Of a stretch of 64,000 nt of DNA, positions 43,935 through 53,963 are shown piece by piece. The position numbers and the translations under genes are program-made. The stretch comes from an uncultured Chthonomonadaceae bacterium (lineage in GTDB: Bacteria > Armatimonadota > Chthonomonadetes > Chthonomonadales > Chthonomonadaceae). Below the pieces are notes generated by a model that was not told where the DNA came from, searched no databases, and saw only the letters and a program-made list of their open reading frames with translations. Position 1 is the stretch's first letter. The number at the start of each line of letters is the position of its first letter. The DNA lies in NCBI GenBank assembly GCA_963817895.1, contig CAWFQB010000004.1, forward strand, positions 704,001 through 768,000, in the 5' to 3' direction.

Positions 43935-44737
43935 TATGCCAGAAAGTCTCTCGTATTGCTGATCTGCATGCCCCGCGCTTTCATCTCTTTGATGAAGTCG
44001 GTCTGGAACGGCTCGAAGCCGGGAACGGGACTGGTCGCGTCTTCCAGCAGAACCAGCCGCTTCACGTAGCTGTCATCGCCGAAGTTGTTGGCAACGTCGC
44101 GAACCGTGTTGGCAAGGCAGTGGCTGCCCGCTTCTCCGGCAATGGCAACGATGTCGGCGTCCAGCAGCGTCTTGATGAAGGCCGTATTGATCTGTGTGCC
44201 GGGATCGGACGGGTCGGGCACGTCGGCCACAATCGCGCTGTAGTGTTCCGTCCACGGATTCGAGCCTTTGGTCACGTAATCCACCATCGCGAACCGCTGC
44301 TGTTCCCAGCATTGCAGCGCCTGATGCAGTTCCGGCACGACGCAGTGACCGGGCGAACCGATCAGGCAGTGGGGCGGCCAGATGCACAGCGGGTAGCGGC
44401 CATTGGCTTCCAGCGTCTGCACATACGCCAGCATCCGCTTCATCATGCTGGGCAGCACGGGCGTCCATCTCCCGTTTTCCACATCCTTTGCCGTGATGAT
44501 GGTGAACGGCGCGGGCGCGCGTCCCGTCGAATCCTTCCAGAAAATCGGATGCGCCACATCAATCAGGCGGTGCGAGTCCAGCGTGACGTGAATATCGTCG
44601 AGTTTCGTGGACAGGCGATTCACCATGCGGGCCAGCCGCGTCATATCGGTTTCCGCGCCCTTCACATACAGCGCGCCGCGCGGGTCGCAAAAATCAACCT
44701 GCGGGTCAATCACAACCAGATGTACTGATTTTGCCAT
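43934..44737 (-). CDS. Nicotinamidase-like cysteine hydrolase (isochorismatase family, PncA-like)
   Basis: IDPQVDF (Asp), TLDSH and WPPHC (metal site), VTKG (Lys), GEAGSHCL (Cys); GGAGG RBS. Confidence 0.85.
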   Translation of the reverse strand: MAKSVHLVVIDPQVDFCDPRGALYVKGAETDMTRLARMVNRLSTKLDDIHVTLDSHRLIDVAHPIFWKDSTGRAPAPFTIITAKDVENGRWTPVLPSMMKRMLAYVQTLEANGRYPLCIWPPHCLIGSPGHCVVPELHQALQCWEQQRFAMVDYVTKGSNPWTEHYSAIVADVPDPSDPGTQINTAFIKTLLDADIVAIAGEAGSHCLANTVRDVANNFGDDSYVKRLVLLEDATSPVPGFEPFQTDFIKEMKARGMQISNTRDFLA

Positions 44738-44789
44738 CGTAGCCTCCTCTAATCTATTCGAACCTGCTTCATTAGCGGATTCTGATAAG

Positions 44790-44843
44790 AGTATAGGGAG
44801 GGCGCGTGACGGCTGCGTGACAAAACAGCCCTGTTTGCGTGAA
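44790..44843 (-). promoter_or_regulatory. Putative SARP-type promoter of the nicotinamidase-vWA-PP2C-kinase operon
   Basis: Minus strand reads TGTCACG-cagc-CGTCACG-N9-TATACT; a third imperfect copy lies 22 bp upstream (44837-44843). Confidence 0.6.
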
Positions 44844-45019
44844 CAAGAAAAGGGTACAGACATTCCTGTGCCGGGTGTTGAAAAGCACCCGGCAGGAAAG
44901 TGCAAGCGTCCGGCGGACGCGGCACTTTATTCAAGACTCCCGCGTCCGAAGGACGCTTGTTTTGTCCAGACAGGGATTTTCAATCCCTGGCACCAGGAAG
45001 CGGGTACAATGATACAGCA

Positions 45020-48000
45020 ATGACGAACATCGAATTCTTAACACCGAACACCGAACACCGAACACCGAACACCAAATTTGTCCTGAACCTGTTCGGGGCG
45101 TTCGAGTCGTATGTGGACGGCAAGCCCCTGCCGCCGCTGCGAACGGTGAAGGGCAAACATCTGCTTGGATTGCTGGCATTGCGGGCGGGGCAGGAGGTAT
45201 CGCGTCAGTGGCTTGCAGAAACGCTCTGGCCGGACAGCGAAACGCCCTCGGATAGTCTGCGGCAAAGCCTGTCGGACTTGCGGCAGAAGATGGGCGAACA
45301 GGCATTTCGATTGGAAGCCCCCGCAAAATCAACCCTGCGCCTGAATTGCGAGAACGCGGCTATTGATGTAATCGCGTTTGACAGGGCTATGAAGCGGGGG
45401 ACGCGGAAGAATGGCGCTACGCGATAGGATTGTATCGGGGCGATTTGCTGGAGGGCGTGGGCGAAGTGTGGGTACTGCCGGAGCGGGAAACGCGGCGGCA
45501 GGCGTATCTCAAAGCGTTAGAAACGCTTGCCGCGCAGTCCCATGTTGACGGCGATATGCAGGCTGAAATCGCGTATCTGCGCCGAACGCTCGCGAGCGAT
45601 CCCTGCCGCGAAACCGCCGCCCGCAACGTTATGACTGCGCTGGAAAAAGCGGGCGAACCGCAGGCCGCGCTGGACGTGTACCATCTATTGCGTCAGCGGC
45701 TTCAGGAAGACGGAAACGCCATTCCCAAATCCGAAACGCGGGCTTTGTATCAGCGGATATTGAAACGCGGTAATGGCATAGCGAAGAACGGCAAAGCCGG
45801 TAAACCGCCTGCTTTGAACGCTGCTTCCACGCCCGCGCCGGAATGGTTGATACATTCGTCCTCATTAGCGGATGGCGGCAATATGCCCCTCGCGCTCACT
45901 CCTCTGATCGGGCGCGACATGCTGCTGCGCGAAATTGAAACGCGCGTTCTCACGCATCCGCTTGTAACGCTGGCGGGAACCGGGGGCGTGGGCAAAACGC
46001 GATTGGCGACACAGGCGGCGCAGGAACTGAAGGCCACGTTTGATGAGGGCGTCTGGTTTGTAGATTTATCCGCCGCTGTTCCTCCGGCGCAGGTCGCGCA
46101 GGAAATTGCCCGCGTCTTCGGCATACGGACGGAAACCGGGAACAACGTTGGGGAGGTCATTTCCGGCGCGTTGCGTCCGCGCCATCTGCTGCTCGTGCTG
46201 GACAACTGCGAAACCTGCCTGCAAGCGGCGGCAAGCATGGCGCAGGAGCTGCTTCGCGCCTGCCCGCATTTGCGATTGCTGGCGACAAGCCGCGAGCGAT
46301 TGGGATTGTCGGGTGAATTTGTTGTGAGCGTAAAGCCGCTGGAAATCCCCTCGGTTGTGTCTCAGGAATTGGCTGAAAAGTATTTGCTGAGTTTGCGGAA
46401 TGTGCCTTCGGTTCGTCTGTTTGTGGAGCGGGGGCAGGCCGCGCGGGATGATTTTGCGCTGACAGCAGACAACGCGCCCTTCGTTGCGGAAATTTGTCGG
46501 CGTCTGGATGGCCTGCCGCTCGCGCTGGAACTGGCAGGACCATTGCTGCAACTCCTGACGCCGCAGGAGATCGTCGCAAAACTAAATCAACGCTTTGCTC
46601 TGCTGACGGAGGAGGGGGGATTGCGCCCCACGCGCCACCAGTCCCTTCATGCCGTGATCGCTTCCAGCGTAGACCTGCTGCCCGAACCGGAGCGTATCCT
46701 GCTGCGCCGTCTGAGCGTCTTCGTCGGCGGCTGGACTCTGGACGCGGCAGAAGCGATTGCAAAGGATGAAGGCGGAAGGATGAAGGATGAAGAGAGGGAA
46801 CAGGGAACAGGGAACAGGGAACAGTTCTCCTCAATACCCAATACCCAACACCCAATACCTGTTTCATCCTTCATCCTTCATCCTTCCGCCTTTGCCTCCC
46901 TGCGTAGCCTTGTCGCCAAATCCCTCGTTGTGGCGGAGGAGTGGAACGGGCAGATGCGGTATCGGATGCTGGAATCCATACGGGAATTTGCGGCGAAAAT
47001 GCTGATAGAAGCGGGGGAAACAGCGGCCTTGCGCGTCCGGCATCTGGAGTGGATGCTGCATACGGCGCGGCAGGCGGAACCGGAACTGACCGGAGCGCGT
47101 CAGGCCGTGTGGCTGGAACGGCTGGAAGTGGAAACGGGCAACCTGCGCCACGCGCTGGATTGGGCGGAACACGACCCGCAGAGTCGCGGGCAGGGACTTG
47201 AACTGGCGAACGCATTGGGACGTTACTGGCAGATACGGGGCCATTTCGCGGAGGGGCGGGAGCGGCTTTCAAGATTGCTGGATGCGCCGGAAACACGGAA
47301 ACTAACGGGTCTTCGCGCCAACGCGCTGAACTGGCTTGCGTTGTTGAGCGTGTTTGTGGGCGATCTGGAGGGCGCGGAAACCGCGTGTCGCGCCGGGTTG
47401 ACGCTATGGGAACAGCAGGGTGAGGGCCGGGGCGCGGCGGGTTCGCTGGGTATTTTGGGAATCATTGCCGCCAATCGCGGCGATTATGGGAGCGCGGAAA
47501 AGTGGTATCGGCAGGCGCTGGAGGGCGCGCGGAGTGTGGGGGATCAGCACGGCGAAGCGGGAACCCTCGGCTACCTGGGCATCAACGCCGTAAATCAGGG
47601 GTATTATGAGGAGGCGCGGCAGTGTTATGAGGCCAGTCTGCGATTGCGCCGCGCCTTAAACGACGTGTGGGGTATTGCCGCCTGCCTGAACAATTTAGGA
47701 CAGCTTGCCCGCAAAAATGGCGAATTGCAACGCGCCCGCGAACTGCTTTCCGAATCCCTGATTTTGCGGCGCGAGTTGCGCGACCGCCGCAATGTCGGCA
47801 TAACCCTTAACGTCCTCGCTTTGCTTGCGTGGGAACAGAATAACTTACAGGAAGCCTCCGCCTGCCTGCTGGAAGCGACAGATTTGTTCGACCAACTCGG
47901 CGACCGCCGCAGCCTCGCCTACGCGCTGGAAGCGTGGGCGCGTATCGCCGCGAGGTCAGGCGAGGCCGAACGCGCCAGAGGATTGTACAAAGCGGCGAAA

Positions 48001-48195
48001 CATCTGAGAGAAAAAATAGGTTCGCCCCTTCCCCCTGCCGAACAAACCGAACTGGAACGCTGTTTCCTCCCCGCGCCTTCCGCCGGAAACGTGGATAACG
48101 AAATTCCGCGTAACCATCAGGAACCCTGGACGCTGGAACGCGCGCTTGCCGAAGCAAGAGCAATCGGCATGGAACGCAAATTCGTGTCGCGATAA
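45020..48195 (+). CDS. SARP/AfsR-like regulator (wHTH-BTAD + NB-ARC-like ATPase + TPR), frameshift near 45410
   Basis: LFGAF...SRQWLAETLWPD, YRGDLLEG, GTGGVGKT, LLVLDNCE, GLPLALEL, multiple TPRs. Confidence 0.9.
46761..46893. repeat. Nested heptamer-repeat palindrome inserted in frame in the regulator gene
   Basis: GGATGAA arms enclosing (GGGAACA)4 and (AATACCC)n; translates as KDEGGRMKDEEREQGTGNREQ...SSFILHPSAF. Confidence 0.85.
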
Positions 48196-48233
48196 AACCT
48201 CAAGAGCCAAAAAAATAAATTTCGGGGGGCATA

Positions 48234-49400
48234 ATGCCTGTCATCAATAATCTGCTCGACTCAGATTTGTACAAACTTACAATGCTGCAAGTGGTGTGGC
48301 ATCGTTATCCGCATGTGGATGTGGAGTATCAGTTTCGCTGCCGCAGCAAGAATGTGGATTTGCGGCCCTACGCGGACGAGATACGCGAGGAGATTAACGC
48401 CTTTTGCAAGTTGACGTTTACCGGAGAAGAACTGGCGTACCTGAAAACCATCCGCTATCTCAAACCAGGTTTCGTGGACTCGCTGTTTGAAGTCCGCCTG
48501 AACCCTTCCGACGTGGAGATTACCGCGACGGATGAGTTTCGCCTGACCATTAAAGGCCACTGGGCGCGTACGATATTGTTTGAAGTGCCGGTTCTTGCCA
48601 TCATCAACGAGGTATATTTCCGGCATACGCAGCCCGACGCGCCCGCCACAAACCCCTCCGGCATGGAGCGGCTGTATGAGAAATGCAGGCAGATAAACGA
48701 GTCGGATGTACCCCTGCGCATTTGCGAATTTGGAACACGGCGGCGGTACAGTGGCGAGTGGCAGTTGAAAGTAATCGAGACTTTGAAGGAGCGTATCGGC
48801 GACTCGCTGGTGGGAACAAGCAATGTGGCGGCGGCGCGGAAATTCGGCATCACGCCGTTCGGCACGATGGCGCACGAATTTTTGCAGGCGTTTCAGGCGT
48901 TTACCGCGCTGCCGGATTTCCAGAAAGCCGCTCTGGAAGCGTGGATGCAGGAGTACCGGGGCGATTTGGGTATCGCGCTTTCCGACGTGGTAGGCATGGA
49001 CGCCTTTTTGCGAGATTTCGACCTGCTGTTCAGCAAAGCCTACGACGGCTGCCGCCACGATTCCGGCGACCCGGTAGAGTGGGGCGAGAAACTGCTGACG
49101 CACTACGCCGATAAGAAGATTGATGCCCGAACGAAAACCATCACGTTCAGCGACGCCTTGGACATACCCAAAGCCATAATGTTGGCCCGCCATTTTCAGG
49201 GGCGTATCCGCGTCAACTTCGGCATCGGAACCAACCTGACCAACGATTTCGACTTTGACCCGCTGCAAATCGTCATCAAAATGACGCGCTGCAATGGTCG
49301 CCCCGTCGCCAAACTCAGCGACTCCCCCGGCAAACTGATGTCTAATGATGAAGTGTTTCTGGCGTATTTACGGCAAGTATTTCTAATCCAAATGGACTAA
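48234..49400 (+). CDS. pncB: Nicotinate phosphoribosyltransferase
   Basis: LLDSDLYKLTM, EFGTRRR, GTSNV, GTMAHE, RHDSGDP, FSD, FGIGTNLTND, KLSDSPGK. Confidence 0.96.
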   Translation: MPVINNLLDSDLYKLTMLQVVWHRYPHVDVEYQFRCRSKNVDLRPYADEIREEINAFCKLTFTGEELAYLKTIRYLKPGFVDSLFEVRLNPSDVEITATDEFRLTIKGHWARTILFEVPVLAIINEVYFRHTQPDAPATNPSGMERLYEKCRQINESDVPLRICEFGTRRRYSGEWQLKVIETLKERIGDSLVGTSNVAAARKFGITPFGTMAHEFLQAFQAFTALPDFQKAALEAWMQEYRGDLGIALSDVVGMDAFLRDFDLLFSKAYDGCRHDSGDPVEWGEKLLTHYADKKIDARTKTITFSDALDIPKAIMLARHFQGRIRVNFGIGTNLTNDFDFDPLQIVIKMTRCNGRPVAKLSDSPGKLMSNDEVFLAYLRQVFLIQMD

Positions 49401-50015
49401 ACCGCGCCGGATAGCGGCGGTGACGGCCTGAGTGCGGTCATTTACTTTCATTTTGTCGAGGATGCTGTTGACGTGGGCCTTGACGGTTCCCTCCGCGATA
49501 AACAGCGCGTTCGCGATCTCCTGATTGCTGTTGCCGCCCACCATCAGGCGCAAAACTTCCACTTCGCGAGGCGTAAGCGGCGATTGGCTGATGCGCGACG
49601 CCAGTTTTACGGCGACGGGAGAGGGGATGTGCGTTTGCCCGTTGTGGACGGCGCGGATAGTTTCCAGCAGCTCCTCGCGGGGCGCGTCCTTGAGCAGATA
49701 CCCTTTCGCCCCCGCCTGCAAGCCCCGGTAAATGTCCTCTTCGCCGTCGTAAGTGGTCAGCACGATGATGCGGGCATCCGGCGCTTCCTGCCGAATCTGG
49801 GAAATAGCGGTTACGCCGTCCATCTGCGGCATCCGTAAATCCATCAAAACAATATCGGGGCGATGCTGGCGGAACAAATCAACGGCCTCTACGCCATTGC
49901 CCGCCTGCGCCACTGTCATCATGTCCTCCCGGCGGTCAATGATGGACGCCAGACCTTCGCGCACGACAGGATGATCGTCCGTGATAAGGACTCGGATACT
50001 GGTAGAGGGTTTCAT
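49383..50015 (-). CDS. NarL/LuxR family response regulator
   Basis: Receiver domain plus LTPREVEVL...TVKAHV HTH. Confidence 0.95.
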   Translation of the reverse strand: MKPSTSIRVLITDDHPVVREGLASIIDRREDMMTVAQAGNGVEAVDLFRQHRPDIVLMDLRMPQMDGVTAISQIRQEAPDARIIVLTTYDGEEDIYRGLQAGAKGYLLKDAPREELLETIRAVHNGQTHIPSPVAVKLASRISQSPLTPREVEVLRLMVGGNSNQEIANALFIAEGTVKAHVNSILDKMKVNDRTQAVTAAIRRGLVHLD

Positions 50016-51223
50016 GGCTGTTCATTGATCCTTTCACCCGGTTCAACAGAGGTGTGCAACGCTTCCACAGTAGCGCGATGTTTGTTGTCGTCAGAAATGG
50101 GAAGGGTGACGCGCACCCGCGTTCCCTGTCCCGGCGCGGTATCAATTTCAACTTCGCCGCCCAGTCGCCGCGCCCGCTCTTTGATTCCCATCAATCCAAA
50201 ACCGTGCATGTTTATTTGATGAGGGTCAAAGCCGCGCCCATCGTCGCGTATGGAAAGCTCGATCTGAGTGGGCGCGAACACAAGTTTCAGCGTGACGTGA
50301 TCGGCCTGCGCATGTTTGAGGCAGTTTGTCAGGGCTTCCTGACCGATACGCAGCAGGTCGGTTTCATCTTCGGCTGGCAGAGGAAAGGCAACTCCCTCCA
50401 GAATAAACTCTGCCTGCAAGGTTGTGCCGTGCGTAATCTGATGGGCGCACTGTTCCAGCGCGGCCTGCAAATCGTGGGCATCCAGCGCCTGGGGACGGAG
50501 GGCGCGCACGGAACGCCGCGCTTCCGCAAGGCTTTCATGGGCCAGTTGTTTTGCCCGCGCGATATGATGAATCACCTGTTCCGGGGACGTGTTCAGCGCG
50601 TCCTCGGCGGCCTCCATCTGAATGGCGATACCGGTCAATCCCTGCGCCAGCGTGTCGTGGATTTCGCGCGCGATGCGGTTGCGCTCCTCCAGAATTCCCG
50701 CCTGCCGCTCCTGTTCCATCAGCAGCCGGACATCCTCGTGATGCTGCTGCTCGGCCACTTTGCTGGAGGTCATATCCCGCAGGATTTTTACGAAACCGCG
50801 AAAATGCCCCTCTGTATCGCGCAGGCCGGTCATAATGCCGCTTGCCCAGAAGCGTGTGCCGTCCTTGCGCAGATGCCACCGCTCATCCTGACAATGCCCG
50901 ATCTCCCGCGCCGTTACGCGCTCATGCTCTACTGCCCCGCACGCTATATCTTCGGGAATAAACAGACACATGCAGTCCATGCCGATAGCTTCCGCTTCGG
51001 AATAGCCCATAATGCGTTGCGCGCCCACATTCCAACTGGAAATGCGTCCATCGGGCGCGACGACGAAAATAGCGAAATCCCGCACATTCTCTTCAATCAG
51101 GCGAAGACGCTCTTCGGCATGAATTGAGAGCTGAAGATAGGCTTCGGCATCGGAAGGCGGGCTGCCGGAGGCGGGTAGCGAGTCCAATGGTTGTAGCGTA
51201 CTGGTATGGTGCTGGTCTGTCAT
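50012..51223 (-). CDS. PAS-domain histidine kinase (HisKA_3)
   Basis: PAS/PAC, ERNRIAREIHDTLAQG, DDGRGF, GFGLMG; ATGA overlap with the response regulator gene. Confidence 0.93.
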   Translation of the reverse strand: MTDQHHTSTLQPLDSLPASGSPPSDAEAYLQLSIHAEERLRLIEENVRDFAIFVVAPDGRISSWNVGAQRIMGYSEAEAIGMDCMCLFIPEDIACGAVEHERVTAREIGHCQDERWHLRKDGTRFWASGIMTGLRDTEGHFRGFVKILRDMTSSKVAEQQHHEDVRLLMEQERQAGILEERNRIAREIHDTLAQGLTGIAIQMEAAEDALNTSPEQVIHHIARAKQLAHESLAEARRSVRALRPQALDAHDLQAALEQCAHQITHGTTLQAEFILEGVAFPLPAEDETDLLRIGQEALTNCLKHAQADHVTLKLVFAPTQIELSIRDDGRGFDPHQINMHGFGLMGIKERARRLGGEVEIDTAPGQGTRVRVTLPISDDNKHRATVEALHTSVEPGERINEQP

Positions 51224-51426
51224 AGTTCGCTCTGTTACTGCGCGGCTATAGAAACCCGCGTCGGATAGGTATTCGCAAACGGGACAGTGTAAAGAACGGG
51301 CAACGAATCAAAATCACGGAAGCGAACAATGAAAATAGTCTACGTCCGAAATACGCCGACAGATTAAATACAGTTCCCACTTTAGTCGCAGAACTAAGCG
51401 CGAAACGGCAGGAACTGGCAGTTGTA

Positions 51427-52281
51427 TTAGAGATGGCCGTGCAGATTGGAGCTATGCAGATGGTGTTCCTTCTGCGAATCGTCGGGCATTCCCGTGCTGT
51501 GTGGCTGCGCTTCAAGGCGGGCAGCCGGGTCCTGCTGATAGAAACCGCGCAGGGCTTGATAAAGATAGGGATGCGTCTGCCGCATTGGGAGTGATCTTTC
51601 AAAGAAACATTCCGTCCCGACAGCGAAAAACTCGGCGGGATTGGTAGCTGCGTAATCTCCAAGCAGCGTAGCATGTCCCGCTTCAGTCTGCGCCACCAAC
51701 TCTTGATACTCCCGGCTCATGACAGCGGCCCAATCGTCGTATTGAGCATCGTTTTCCAGGCGCGGAACCCCATCCGCGCTGCCGTCGCGCATATCCAACT
51801 TGTGCGCGAACTCATGGTAAACGACATTCTGGCCGTCATGGTCGTTGGCCCCGCCGCTTTCGACATCCGCCCACGACAACACGACGGGGCCGTTGTCCCA
51901 CGCTTCGCCCAATCGCGCGCTGAATGTCTCTTCCACGATGCCGCCCGGCGCTACAGATTTTTGCGGCACGGCATAGCCGGAGGGGTACAGCAGAATGGAT
52001 TCGACATTCGGGTAAAAATCGTGTTCGCGGTACAGAGTGAGCAAACACGCCTGCGCCGCGACCAGAACCTGCATCGTCTGCGTGAGTTCCAGCCCGCCGC
52101 AACCCTCCCAGTATTTTTCCGCTATAAAAACCTGAATGTCCTGCCGAAGATGCTGTTGCTCGTCCGGCGTTAAAAGGGTAAAATGCGTAAAGTGACGCTG
52201 CAAAATAGCCTCCCACTCTTCGGGAAAAGGCTGTTCGGTAATGGAGCGGCGGTGAAGATCGCGAAACCATGAGAAAACCAT
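51427..52281 (-). CDS. M90 family zinc peptidase (MtfA-like)
   Basis: NVVYHEFAHKLD, YAATNPAEFFAV. Confidence 0.9.
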   Translation of the reverse strand: MVFSWFRDLHRRSITEQPFPEEWEAILQRHFTHFTLLTPDEQQHLRQDIQVFIAEKYWEGCGGLELTQTMQVLVAAQACLLTLYREHDFYPNVESILLYPSGYAVPQKSVAPGGIVEETFSARLGEAWDNGPVVLSWADVESGGANDHDGQNVVYHEFAHKLDMRDGSADGVPRLENDAQYDDWAAVMSREYQELVAQTEAGHATLLGDYAATNPAEFFAVGTECFFERSLPMRQTHPYLYQALRGFYQQDPAARLEAQPHSTGMPDDSQKEHHLHSSNLHGHL

Positions 52282-52477
52282 CGGGAGTAGTTCTCCTTCG
52301 TCTACGTATATTAAATGTATCCATCAGGGATTCTTGACCATAACACGGGAACCTGATGGATAGAAAACCAGTCTTATTCGTTCTAAAAAATGGAACCTCA
52401 ATTCAGGTATTCCGAGCAGACAGGGTAAAATACGATGTTTGTGAAAAAACAACTCGACTTCGGAGCAAAAATTAATA

Positions 52478-53880
52478 ATGGACATCAACGTTGACTCTCC
52501 CGAATGGGTGCGGGATGCAGTATTCTATCACATCTTTCTGGATCGGTTTGCCAATGGCGATAAGACGAACGATCCCGCCAACCGCAAACATGGGGCGCGC
52601 CTCCGACGCTGGAGGGGTATCAGGGCGGCGACCTTGCGGGCGTGATCGAGAAAATGGACTACTTGAGCGATCTGGGCGTGAACGCTTTGTATCTCAGTCC
52701 GGTCTTTCACTCGGGCAGCAATCACGGCTACGATACCATAGATTACCAGATGATTGACCCGCGTTTAGGTTCGCCGGAAACGCTGAAAACCCTTGTAGGG
52801 CGGGCGCATGAGCGCGAATGGCATGTGATTCTGGATGCCGTTCTCAACCACAGCAGCGTGGAATTCGAAGCGTTCCGCGATCTGCGGCAGCATGGGGAAC
52901 AGTCCCGCTTCAAGGACTGGTATTTCCCCGAAGGGTTCCCCATCAACATCGAGCAGGGCAAATCCAATTACCGGTGTTGGTTCGGTGTCGCCTCCCTGCC
53001 ACAGTTCAACACGGACAATCAAGAGATACGGCAATACCTGCTGGATGTGGCGGAGCGCTGGATCAAGAGTTCGGGCATAGACGGCTGGCGTCTGGACGTG
53101 CCGAACGAAATACCGCATCTGTTCTGGAAAGAGTTCCGGCAGATTGCTAAGGCGGCAAAGCGGGACGCTTACATCGTGGGCGAAATTTGGGAAAACGGGC
53201 AGGACTGGCTGCGCGGCGACGAGTTCGATTCCGTAATGAACTATCGCTGGCGGGATGCCGTGTTGGATTTTTTCGCGCTTGACAAAACCTCGCCGCATGA
53301 GTGCGATGACCAGTTGAAGCAAATCCGCGAAGATTACCCGCAATGGGCGACCGACCGGATGTTCAACCTGCTCGGCAGCCACGATACGGAACGATTGCGA
53401 ACGGTTTGCGGCGGCGATGTAAACCGTGAAAAGCAGTGCGTCCTGCTGCAACTGACCTATCCCGGCGCGCCCTGCATCTATTACGGGGACGAGATCGGAT
53501 TGGAGGGCGGCAAAGACCCGGATTGCCGCCGCGCCTTCGAGTGGAATCCGAACAAGCGTGACGAGAACATGCGGCGATTTTACAAGCGTCTGCTGGCCCT
53601 GCGCCGTGACCATATTGCTCTCCGTCGCGGCGATTACCAGACGGTTCAAGTTCACAACGACAAGGGCATTTTCGCCTACATTCGCACTTTCGAGAACGAG
53701 CGCGTTCTAGTCGCGTTCAATCGCAGCCGCGCGGAACAATGCGTCACGCTCGATGCCGAGGCTATGGGCGGCGTAAAATGGAACTCATGGCTGGACAGCG
53801 GCGCGGAACTGCAAGCCGAAGCCACCTGTTTATGCCTGACGCTGCCGCCACAGGGAATGGCGCTGTTTGGCAAAGGATGA
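52478..53880 (+). CDS. GH13 cyclomaltodextrinase/neopullulanase-like glycosidase (frameshift near 52600)
   Basis: PEWVRDAVFYHIFLDRFANGD, NHGYDT, DAVLNH, GWRLDVPNE, GEIW, GSHD, YYGDE. Confidence 0.9.
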
Positions 53881-53963
53881 GGGATGAAGGATGAAGGATG
53901 AATCCTCCCCTTCTCGTATCTCGTATCTCGTATCTCGTATCTTCCCTTCATCCCTCATCCCTT
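53872..53963. repeat. GGATGAA heptamer palindrome enclosing (TCTCGTA)4
   Basis: Lies between convergent stop codons. Confidence 0.8.
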
